Source of the DNA: an uncultured Chloroflexia bacterium
GTDB taxonomy: Bacteria; Chloroflexota; Limnocylindria; Limnocylindrales; CSP1-4
Length of the DNA: 64,000 nt
Assembly: GCA_963778815.1 (NCBI GenBank)
Contig: CAVZVS010000003.1
Span: 320,054-384,053, forward strand
Reading direction: 5' to 3'
In this document: in pieces, positions 43,120 to 51,115 of the stretch
Numbering within the stretch: position 1 is the stretch's first letter
Layout of the letters: the number at the start of each line of letters is the position of its first letter
Program-made: the position numbers and the translations under genes
Notes under the pieces: generated by a model
What the model was told of the DNA's origin: nothing
The model's database searches: none
Seen by the model: the letters and a program-made list of their open reading frames with translations, nothing else

Positions 43120-43965
43120 TCAGTGACCGCTCCGGGCGATGAACCAGGTGGTCGCCTCGTACAGGATGTACATCGTCACGCCGAGCACGAATGGGCTGAC
43201 CAGGTCGCCGCCCGGGGTCACGATCGTAGCGAACACAGTGATCCCCAGGATGATGTAGCGCCGCGACGAACGCAGCCGCTGTGAGCTGAGGATGTTCACC
43301 CGGGACAGGGCATAGAGCACGATCGGGAACTCCATGACCAGCCCGAAGGCCAGGAACAGGGTGGTCACGAAGTCGAAGTAGGGACCGGCTGCGAGCGACG
43401 CGATGAGGGTGGTCCCGTTGGTGAAGCTGAGGAGGAAGCCGACCGCGTAGGGCAGGATCACGTAGGCGATGGTCACCCCGAGGGCGAAGAACACCATCGC
43501 CATCGGCAGCCAGGGCCTGATCGAGCGGCGCTCAGCGGGGGTCAGTCCGGGTCCGACGAAGGCCCACAACTGGTACAGGATGACGGGCATGGCGAGGATG
43601 ACCCCGACGGCGATCGAGATCTTCATGACGATGAAGAAGGCGTCGCCCGGGCCGAGCACGATCAAGCCCTTCTGGATGCCCGCCAGGGGCTGTTCCAGGA
43701 GCGAGATGATCCGGTCGCTCAAGAGGTAGCCGACGACCGACCCGACGGCGATGGCCGCCACGATCTTGAACAGCCGACCGCGCAACTCGCCGAGGTGATC
43801 GACCAGGCTCATCGTGGTCGGATCGGGGGCCACGGCGGCGCCCGGGTCGGGGGTGCCTGGGTCGACCGGTGGTTGGACCGCGACGGCGACCGCGCCTGGG
43901 GCAGCGACGACCACCGCGCCAGGGGCGAGCGGCGCGGCTTCAGCCGGGGTCAGCTCTTCGGTCAT
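43120..43965 (-). CDS. tatC: Twin-arginine translocase subunit TatC
   Basis: MSLVDHLGELRGRLFK... followed by six TM segments. The 51-aa Ala/Pro-rich N-terminal extension from the ATG at 43965 may be real, or the start may be the ATG at 43812. Confidence 0.85.
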   Translation of the reverse strand: MTEELTPAEAAPLAPGAVVVAAPGAVAVAVQPPVDPGTPDPGAAVAPDPTTMSLVDHLGELRGRLFKIVAAIAVGSVVGYLLSDRIISLLEQPLAGIQKGLIVLGPGDAFFIVMKISIAVGVILAMPVILYQLWAFVGPGLTPAERRSIRPWLPMAMVFFALGVTIAYVILPYAVGFLLSFTNGTTLIASLAAGPYFDFVTTLFLAFGLVMEFPIVLYALSRVNILSSQRLRSSRRYIILGITVFATIVTPGGDLVSPFVLGVTMYILYEATTWFIARSGH

Positions 43966-43998
43966 CGAGTCGATCGAGTCCGGCCCCGCGGTCGGGGA

Positions 43999-44466
43999 CT
44001 AGGACGCGGGATCGGAGCCCGTGGGATCGGCCGGCGGGGCGACGGGCTCGGCGGCCGCGATCTCGGCGGCCGGCGCGAGCGGTGGCGCGGCCAGGGGTGT
44101 GGGTTCGGCTGTGGCGGCGGCCATCGGGGCGCCGATCGGGGCGCCCGGAGCCGGCTCCTGGACGATGGGCTCGGGCGAGACTGCCGTGACGGCTGCTGCG
44201 ACCGGGGCGACCACGGCTGCGGCGACGGGGGTCGCGGCCAGCGGCGCGGCAGGTGCCTGGGCAACGGGCGGCTGGGCGGTTGCCGGGTCGGGCGGGAGCG
44301 GCGAGGTGTCCACGTTCACCGAATCCTGGATGTCGGACGAAGCCTTGCGGAACTCGCGCAAACCCTTGCCGAGGGCTGAACCGACGTCCGGAAGCCGGCC
44401 TGGGCCGAGAACGAGCAGCGCGATGACGAGGATGATGACGAGCTCGAGCGGTCCCGGCGTTGGCAT
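43999..44466 (-). CDS. tatA: Twin-arginine translocase subunit TatA/E with a long Ala/Pro-rich tail
   Basis: 155 aa: MPTPGPLELVIILVIALLVLGPGRLPDVGSALGKGLREFRKA (TatA TM plus amphipathic helix), then about 100 aa of low-complexity A/P-rich sequence. Confidence 0.88.
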   Translation of the reverse strand: MPTPGPLELVIILVIALLVLGPGRLPDVGSALGKGLREFRKASSDIQDSVNVDTSPLPPDPATAQPPVAQAPAAPLAATPVAAAVVAPVAAAVTAVSPEPIVQEPAPGAPIGAPMAAATAEPTPLAAPPLAPAAEIAAAEPVAPPADPTGSDPAS

Positions 44467-44514
44467 CGGTCTGCGCTGCTCCTTGCGATCCCTTCGACGC
44501 CCAGCGGCGGGCGC

Positions 44515-45423
44515 CTACCTTAGCATAGGGAGGCGTTCCGCCCACGCTTGAGCGGCTCTCTGGAGCGCCTCGCCGAGGTCGCTCAGAGCAGCGCCATCGG
44601 AGCTGTCCGTGGCGGCCCCGGCGATCCCCCGGGAGACGTTGACGAGGAGCCCCCGGCCGTCTCCGCTGGCGGCCGGTGATGCGTTCGCCGGGCCATGGCG
44701 GAGGACCGCATCCACGTCACCGCCTTGGGCGCCGACCCCGGGAACGAGGAAGGCCAGACCCGGTGCCCTGGCCCGGATACGGGCCATCTCGTCGGGTGCC
44801 GTGGCGCCGACGACCAGGCCGACCGTCCCGCCCGGACCCCACGTCGCGACCCGCCGGGCGACGCGTTCGTAGAGTCGCTCGGCTGGTGCCTGCTCCGTGG
44901 CTGGCACCGAGCCCGCGGCGGTCGCGGCCGGCTGCGCCGCGACCATCAGATCCTGGAACTCGCCGGCGCCCGGGTTCGACGTCCGGCAGAGGACATAGGC
45001 GAACCGGTCGGCCCGTTCGATGAGTGCCTCGACGGCCTCGCCGCCGAGATACGGGTTGACGGTCACGGCATCGGCGCCAAGCCGGTCGAACAGGGCTGTC
45101 GCCTGGCGCGCCGCAGTGGACCCGATGTCGCCGCGCTTCACGTCGGCGATGAACGGCACATCGTTCGGGATCAGGGCCCGGAGGCGTTCCAACGCAGCCA
45201 GACCGTCCGGCCCGAACGCCTCGAAGAAGGCCAGGTTCGGCTTGACCGCGGCGACCCACGGGACGCAGGCCTCGATGAGCAAGCCACAAAACGCCTCGAT
45301 CCCGCCGACATCGGCTGAGAACCCGTCGGGCAACGCCGCCGGGTCCGGGTCGAGACCGAGGCACAGGACCGTCCCGGTCCGGGCGCTTCGGGCGGCCAGC
45401 CGCTCGAGGTAGCCGTCGGTCAC
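44515..45423 (-). CDS. pyrF: Orotidine 5'-phosphate decarboxylase (type 2)
   Basis: 302 aa with LCLGLDPDP, VKPNLAFFEAFG, FIADVKRGDIGST and VTVNPYLG. Confidence 0.9.
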   Translation of the reverse strand: MTDGYLERLAARSARTGTVLCLGLDPDPAALPDGFSADVGGIEAFCGLLIEACVPWVAAVKPNLAFFEAFGPDGLAALERLRALIPNDVPFIADVKRGDIGSTAARQATALFDRLGADAVTVNPYLGGEAVEALIERADRFAYVLCRTSNPGAGEFQDLMVAAQPAATAAGSVPATEQAPAERLYERVARRVATWGPGGTVGLVVGATAPDEMARIRARAPGLAFLVPGVGAQGGDVDAVLRHGPANASPAASGDGRGLLVNVSRGIAGAATDSSDGAALSDLGEALQRAAQAWAERLPMLR

Positions 45424-46709
45424 GGCGCCTTGGAACCGCTCGGGCTCGCGGCCGGCGGCGCGTCGGTCGGGACCGCGGTCTGCGCCGGAAGCTGATCGGC
45501 GGGGATGAACCAGCTCGCACCCGAGCCACCATCCAGCCCGCTGTACTGGGTGACGTCGGGCATCTGGGTCGCCTTCCAGCTTGGCCCATCACCGGCCAGG
45601 CCGATCATCTTGAGGTCGACGATCATCCCGTCGATGTTCATGTACACGATCGAGTCGCCCTTGGGCGACCAGACCGGTGCCCACGATCGTCCATCATTGG
45701 TCAGACGGAGCACCTCGGTCCCATTGCGAGCGTCAAGGATGGCGATGTCGGTGCCCAGCGAGCTGGTCTTGGTGACCGCGATCCAACTTCCGTCGGGCGA
45801 CCAGGACGGCTGCATGTAGCCGGGGGCGCTCAGCGGGCTCGACTTCTTGGTGACCGGGTCGTAGCGATAGATGGTCGGTGCCCCGCCGGTCCCCTGGCGC
45901 CCGTTCTTGACGTACAGGAGCTGCTTGCCGTCAGGCCGCCAGGCGGGATCCTGGTGGCCGAGTGGAGCATTCTCGCCCAGGCCCAGCCGCTTCATCGTGT
46001 CCGTCTTGACGTTGTAGGTCTGCAGGACGACGTCGCTCTTGGTCGGATCGGGTCCGTCGGACACCAGGGCGACCGTGGTGCCGTCGGGCGAGACCCGCGG
46101 CTGGCGCATCCAGTAGAACCAGGTGTACTTGCCTTTCCGATAACGGCCGCTCTGGAGCGACTCCGCGCCGCTGCCGTCGGCATGGATCCGGGTCAGGACC
46201 GGATAGTCCATGAGATAGCGATTGGCCACGTCGCCACCGCCGGGGAACAGCCCCTGGTCACGGACACTCTCTATGTAGTAGATCCATTTGCCGTCGGGCG
46301 ACCACGATGGCATCGAGCCGGTGCCGCTGGTCGTGATCTGGATCGCCTTGTTGCCGGTCTGGGTCCACAGGTTGCCCTGCTTGACGAAGACGAGCGTGCC
46401 CGGGACGTTGGTCCGCGGGTCGACCACGACGACATTCGATGGCGTGGGGGTGCGTTCCGGGCCGAGTGCCCCACCGCCGCCGCCACCGTTGGCGCCGTTT
46501 CCGGTGCCGCCGTTCCCGCCCGATCCGGAACCGCCGCCGGGTAGCGGGATCGAGCCGGTGAACAGGCCGACGGTGATCAAGGCGATCACGACCAGCCCGA
46601 CCGCGGCGATGGCCGGGGCGATGAGCGACCCGGCCGGCCCGATGCCGTACGGATCGCTCTTCGTTCGGCCGGCGCTCGGGGCCCGGGTTCGGCCCGCTCG
46701 ACGGGTCAC
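45420..46709 (-). CDS. Membrane-anchored PD40/TolB-like beta-propeller repeat protein
   Basis: 429 aa. An N-terminal TM and a Gly/Asn-rich linker (GGGSGSGGNGGTGNGANGGGGGG) are followed by repeated PD40 units: SWSPDGKWIYY, VSPDGTTVALVSD, AWRPDGKQLLY, SWSPDGSWIAV and VWSPKGDSIVY. Confidence 0.8.
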   Translation of the reverse strand: MTRRAGRTRAPSAGRTKSDPYGIGPAGSLIAPAIAAVGLVVIALITVGLFTGSIPLPGGGSGSGGNGGTGNGANGGGGGGALGPERTPTPSNVVVVDPRTNVPGTLVFVKQGNLWTQTGNKAIQITTSGTGSMPSWSPDGKWIYYIESVRDQGLFPGGGDVANRYLMDYPVLTRIHADGSGAESLQSGRYRKGKYTWFYWMRQPRVSPDGTTVALVSDGPDPTKSDVVLQTYNVKTDTMKRLGLGENAPLGHQDPAWRPDGKQLLYVKNGRQGTGGAPTIYRYDPVTKKSSPLSAPGYMQPSWSPDGSWIAVTKTSSLGTDIAILDARNGTEVLRLTNDGRSWAPVWSPKGDSIVYMNIDGMIVDLKMIGLAGDGPSWKATQMPDVTQYSGLDGGSGASWFIPADQLPAQTAVPTDAPPAASPSGSKAP

Positions 46710-48478
46710 CCGACCGCTCCGACGGCGAGCGTCGCCTGGGCGAGATCCCGGGCCGCCCCGAGCTCGGCGGCGTGGCCGGCCGCCGCGACGTCCCGGATCT
46801 CGAGTTGGATCGACTCGTAGCCGGCGAAGGTGCGGGTCACGATCCGGGCGACGACGTCGAGCCGGTCGCCTTCACGGACCTCGGCGGCAAGGTCGCTCCG
46901 GCCGAAGGCGATGCCGTCCACGACGTCGAGACGCTTGCGCAGGGTCAGCTGGGAGTGGCCGCCACTGGCGGCGCGGACACGGGTCACGGTGAGGCCCTCG
47001 ACGGCGATGAGCGGATCGGGGTTCCCCGGGCCGGTCGGATCGAGCCGATGGAGCTCCCGGAGGAACGGGTAGTCGACCTCCGAACCGGGCACGACAAGGT
47101 CCACCTTGAGCTCGGGGCGTGGATCGGACGAAGGTGGGACGGCGTTCGTGACGATGTCCAGGAATCTCGTCCGGAAGGCATCCCAATCCTCCGGCTTGAG
47201 CTCGAAGCCGGCCGCGCCCGGGTGGCCACCGTGGCGGGTGAACAGGTCCGCGCACAGGTCCAAGGTCGCTCCGAGGTCCACTCCTCCGGCGCTCCTACAG
47301 GACGCCCGGATCAGGCCGTCGACCTCCGTCCCGACGACGGCTGGGCGACCGCGCTCCTCGGCCAGGCGGCCGGCCACCAGCCCGATGACCCCGACCGGCC
47401 AGTCGCCCCGGACGACCGTCGCCGCGGGACTCCCGGGATCCGCTGCCAGGACGGCCTGCGCCTCGGCCATCGCCGACTTGGTCATCCCGCGTCGGACGAG
47501 GTTGGCGGCCTGGAGACGGGCGGCCAGCTCGGTCGCCTCGACCGGATCGTCGGTCAGCAGCAGGCGGGCCGCTTCGAGGGCATCGCCGACCCGGCCGGCG
47601 GCGTTGATCCGCGGCGCGATCACGAAGGCGATGGTCTCAAGGTCCACGCCCGCCGTCGCCGAACCCGCCCCGGAGAGCAACGCGGCGATGCCCGCCGGCG
47701 GCGCACTCCGCAGCCGCTCCAGCCCGATCTTGGCGATGACCCAATTCTCGCCGACGATCGGGGCGACATCGGCGACCGTGCCGATGGTGGCCAGGGCCGC
47801 CAGGTCGGGCAGCAGGGCGGCGCCGGCGGGCAGGTCGGCCAGGATCAGCTGGGCCACCTTGAAGGCGACGCCACTGCCGGCCAGCCGCGGGTCAGGGTAG
47901 ATCGAGTCGTCGCGGTGGGGGTTGACGAGGGCCACGGTCGCTGGCAGTTCCAGCGGGAGCCGATGGTGATCGGTGACGATGACGTCGATCCCGCGTCGGG
48001 CGGCCTCGGCGATCTCGGCCCCGCTGGTCGAACCCGTGTCGACCGTGACGATGAGGGTCCGCCCGGCGGCCTCAGCCGTGTCGATCGCCCGCAGGCTGAG
48101 TCCGTGCCCCTCGTCCTGCCGGCTCGGGACGTAGGGCTCGACGTCGAGGCCGTAGGCCCGCATCGCCCGGACGATGATGGCCAGTCCGGTCAGCCCGTCG
48201 GCGTCGAAATCGCCGAAGGCAAGGACCGGCTCGGTGGCGGCCCGGGCGCGCTCGAAGCGGGCGACCAGAAGGTCGGCGTCGGGCAGGAGCCGGGGGTCGT
48301 GGAGTCCCTCGCCGGTCGGCGCCAGGAATGCCAGCAGCTCGGCGGTCCCGCTGACGCCGCGGGTCTCGAGGAGCGCGATGATCCGCTCGGACAGGCCGGC
48401 GGCGAGGGCTGCGGCCGCGGATGCTTCGGTCGGCCGGACGATCTCCGGGAGGTTCCAGCGGAAGCGCGGCTCGATCAC
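46706..48478 (-). CDS. recJ: Single-stranded-DNA-specific exonuclease RecJ
   Basis: 590 aa with DHH motifs (AFGDFDADGLTG, VTVDTGSTS, IVTDHH), a DHHA1 motif (GGHPGAAGF) and a C-terminal OB-like region. Confidence 0.9.
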   Translation of the reverse strand: MIEPRFRWNLPEIVRPTEASAAAALAAGLSERIIALLETRGVSGTAELLAFLAPTGEGLHDPRLLPDADLLVARFERARAATEPVLAFGDFDADGLTGLAIIVRAMRAYGLDVEPYVPSRQDEGHGLSLRAIDTAEAAGRTLIVTVDTGSTSGAEIAEAARRGIDVIVTDHHRLPLELPATVALVNPHRDDSIYPDPRLAGSGVAFKVAQLILADLPAGAALLPDLAALATIGTVADVAPIVGENWVIAKIGLERLRSAPPAGIAALLSGAGSATAGVDLETIAFVIAPRINAAGRVGDALEAARLLLTDDPVEATELAARLQAANLVRRGMTKSAMAEAQAVLAADPGSPAATVVRGDWPVGVIGLVAGRLAEERGRPAVVGTEVDGLIRASCRSAGGVDLGATLDLCADLFTRHGGHPGAAGFELKPEDWDAFRTRFLDIVTNAVPPSSDPRPELKVDLVVPGSEVDYPFLRELHRLDPTGPGNPDPLIAVEGLTVTRVRAASGGHSQLTLRKRLDVVDGIAFGRSDLAAEVREGDRLDVVARIVTRTFAGYESIQLEIRDVAAAGHAAELGAARDLAQATLAVGAVG

Positions 48479-48529
48479 GACGTCAGGATGCCAGAACCCG
48501 CTGCACCGGGCCTTATCCGCACGGCTGGC

Positions 48530-49708
48530 TCAGGAAGCGGCGCGGCGTGCCGGTCGTCCGGTCGCGACCGCCCGCCCGTGTCGGCGGTCGTCCCAGTTGT
48601 GCCACACGACGAGGATCGGGGCGGCGTTGAAGATCGACGAGTACGTGCCGGACACGATCCCGATGAGCAGGGCCAGCACGAAGTAGCTCGTCGCGGCGCC
48701 ACCGAACAGGAGCAGCGCCATCAGGGTCAGGATGACCGTCAAGCTGGTGTTGATCGAGCGTCCGAAGGTCTGCAGGATCGAGTGGTTGACGATCCGATCG
48801 AACGGTTCGCCGACATGGCGGGCGCGGTTCTCGCGGACGCGGTCGAAGACGACGATGGTGTCGTGGACGCTGAAGCCGATGATGGTCAGGACGGCGGTCA
48901 CGAACAGGGCGTCGATCTGGACCCGGAAGAACGTGCCCAGGATGGCGAACGTGCCGATGACCACGAGCACGTCATGGACCAGCGAGACGAGGGCGGCGGC
49001 ACCGAACCGGAAGTCGCGGAAGCGGATGGTCATCCAGATCAGGATGCCGACCGAGCCGAGCACGATGAGCAAGGCAGCCTGCTGGGTCAGCTCCTGGCTG
49101 ATGACCGGGCCGACCGTCGACAGCGCTCGCTGCGCCGCGATCGGCCCGAGCTCCTTCTGGAGACCCGTAGCGATCTCACCGAACTTGCCGGTCGTCGGCA
49201 GTTGCGGGCCGGTCGTGCCGCCACCGGCCACCGGCGAGGCCGATGGGGAGGCGCTGGCCGACGGTGCCGGGGACGGACTGGCCGACGCCGACGGAGAAGC
49301 GCCAGCCGAGGCACTCGCGCCGGGCGCGGCCGAGGCGCTCGCCCCTGCCGAGGCGCTCGGCGCGGCCGACGGCGACGGGCTCGGTGCGGCCGGCGGCGGC
49401 AAGGCGACCTGGCGCGAGCGGATCTCGAAGAAGCCCCCGCTGGTCCCGACGACGGTCGCGTCGGTCACGCCCTGGTCGGCCAGGGCGGACTTGATCTGCT
49501 CTCCGGTCACCTTCGGGTCCGCGAACTGGATCTCCCAGTTCGTCCCGCCGGTGTAGTCGATCGAGAACTGGAGACCGGCCGCGCCGTTGGTGATCGGCCC
49601 GAGGAGGATGAAGATCAGACCGGGGATGGTGGCGATCGCCGAGATCAGGAAGAACCAGCGGCGCTTGCCGATGACGTCAAACACGGGCACGGACCGGGCG
49701 TGGCCCAC
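48530..49708 (-). CDS. secF: Protein translocase subunit SecF with an Ala/Ser/Pro-rich insert
   Basis: 392 aa with the SecF N-terminus FDVIGKRRWFFLISAI..GLQFSIDYTGGT and the C-terminal six-TM SecD/SecF domain. The start is ambiguous (GTG at 49708, 49690 or 49684). The gene overlaps the secD stop. Confidence 0.88.
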   Translation of the reverse strand: MGHARSVPVFDVIGKRRWFFLISAIATIPGLIFILLGPITNGAAGLQFSIDYTGGTNWEIQFADPKVTGEQIKSALADQGVTDATVVGTSGGFFEIRSRQVALPPPAAPSPSPSAAPSASAGASASAAPGASASAGASPSASASPSPAPSASASPSASPVAGGGTTGPQLPTTGKFGEIATGLQKELGPIAAQRALSTVGPVISQELTQQAALLIVLGSVGILIWMTIRFRDFRFGAAALVSLVHDVLVVIGTFAILGTFFRVQIDALFVTAVLTIIGFSVHDTIVVFDRVRENRARHVGEPFDRIVNHSILQTFGRSINTSLTVILTLMALLLFGGAATSYFVLALLIGIVSGTYSSIFNAAPILVVWHNWDDRRHGRAVATGRPARRAAS

Positions 49709-51068
49709 GGCCGGGGGTCTTGGCCAGGAACTCGCTCTCGCCGACGCCCCACAGCTTGGCGTTCCGGGCGAAGTCCTTGCGGACGACGACCCGCAGGATG
49801 GTCCGGGTCACGGTCACCGCGGTGAACATCGAAGTCAGCACGCCGATGATCAGGACGAGGGCGAAGCCCTTGATGGTCGGCGAGCCGAAGGCATACAGGA
49901 TGCCGGCGGTGATCAGGCTCGAAACGTTCGAGTCGAGGATCGAGTTCCAGGCCCGGGCGAAGCCGGCCTCGACCGCCGAATTGAGCGTCTTGCCCAGGCG
50001 CAGCTCTTCCTTGGTCCGCTCGAAGATCAGGATGTTGGCATCGACCGCCATGCCCACCGACAGGACGAAGCCGGCGATCCCGGCCAGGGTCACGGTCACC
50101 GGGATGAGCCGGAAGATGGCCAGCACGACCAGCGCGTAGTAGAGCAGCGCGACATCGGCCACCGCACCTGGCAACCGGTAGTAGACCAGCATGAACAGGA
50201 AGACCAGGCCGATCCCGATGGCCCCGGCCACCAGACTGGCATGCAGGAACTCGGCGCCGAGGGTGGCGCTGATCTGGGAGTCCTGGACGGCGTGGATCGG
50301 GAACGGCAGCGAGCCGTACTTGAGGACGGTCACCAGGGAGTTCATCTCGGCGACGGCGTTCGCTCCGCTGCCCATCGTGATCTGACCGGACCCGCTCGGG
50401 ATCGAACCTTGGATGCTTGGGGCCGAGATGACGTTATTGTCGAGGACGATCGCGAAGAACTCGCCGATGTGGTCCTTGGTGTAGGTGGCGAACAACTTCG
50501 CCGCCTCGTCGTCGAGGGTGAACTGGACGACTGGACCGCCAGTCGTCTGGTCCGTCCCGGGGTTGGCCTGGGTCAGGTGCTCACCGGTGAACAGGGGCAC
50601 GAGGGCCGGATCGTTGGGCAGCGGCTGACCGTCGACCACCCCGTTCGGCCCACCGGTCGTCGTGTTCCCGTAGCGATCCGCCGGCAGGGGCACGAAGGTC
50701 AGCTGGCCGGTCTGCCCGACCAGTCGTTCGATCGCCTCACGGTCGGTCGCGCCAGGAAGCTCGACCACGACCCGGTCGGTGCCCTGGACGACGACGACCG
50801 GCTCGGACACCCCGGTGGAGTTCACCCGCCGCTCGATGATGTCGCGGATCGTGGCCATCGAACCCGGGTCGGGTGAGACGCCGTTGACGGGCAGGGCCTG
50901 GTACTCGACCCGCAGGCCGCCCTGGAGGTCCAGTCCGAGCTTCGTCTCGACGACTCGCGCGCCAGCGGTCGGGTCGCCGAAGGCCGGCAGCTTGAGGCCG
51001 GGCCAGAAGTCGATGACGAGTGCGAGAACGCCGATGACGATGATCAGGAGGGGGACGAAGCGACGCAT
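49677..51068 (-). CDS. secD: Protein translocase subunit SecD
   Basis: 463 aa with LGLDLQGGLRVEYQA, the periplasmic P1 domain, and the C-terminal TM bundle with GIAGFVLSVGMAVDANILIFER. Confidence 0.92.
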   Translation of the reverse strand: MRRFVPLLIIVIGVLALVIDFWPGLKLPAFGDPTAGARVVETKLGLDLQGGLRVEYQALPVNGVSPDPGSMATIRDIIERRVNSTGVSEPVVVVQGTDRVVVELPGATDREAIERLVGQTGQLTFVPLPADRYGNTTTGGPNGVVDGQPLPNDPALVPLFTGEHLTQANPGTDQTTGGPVVQFTLDDEAAKLFATYTKDHIGEFFAIVLDNNVISAPSIQGSIPSGSGQITMGSGANAVAEMNSLVTVLKYGSLPFPIHAVQDSQISATLGAEFLHASLVAGAIGIGLVFLFMLVYYRLPGAVADVALLYYALVVLAIFRLIPVTVTLAGIAGFVLSVGMAVDANILIFERTKEELRLGKTLNSAVEAGFARAWNSILDSNVSSLITAGILYAFGSPTIKGFALVLIIGVLTSMFTAVTVTRTILRVVVRKDFARNAKLWGVGESEFLAKTPGRGPRPVRARV

Positions 51069-51115
51069 CGCGGCGGACTATACCAGCGTCAGGCCGCAGC
51101 GGCCGCCAGGCGGGC

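Noticed and set aside
46772-49825. A 1017-aa plus-strand ORF, the longest plus-strand ORF in the track.
   Set aside because: It is antisense to recJ, secF and secD, all of which have clear family motifs. Its product is Arg/Gly/Asp/Pro-rich with no motifs. Long stop-free antisense frames are expected at about 70% GC.
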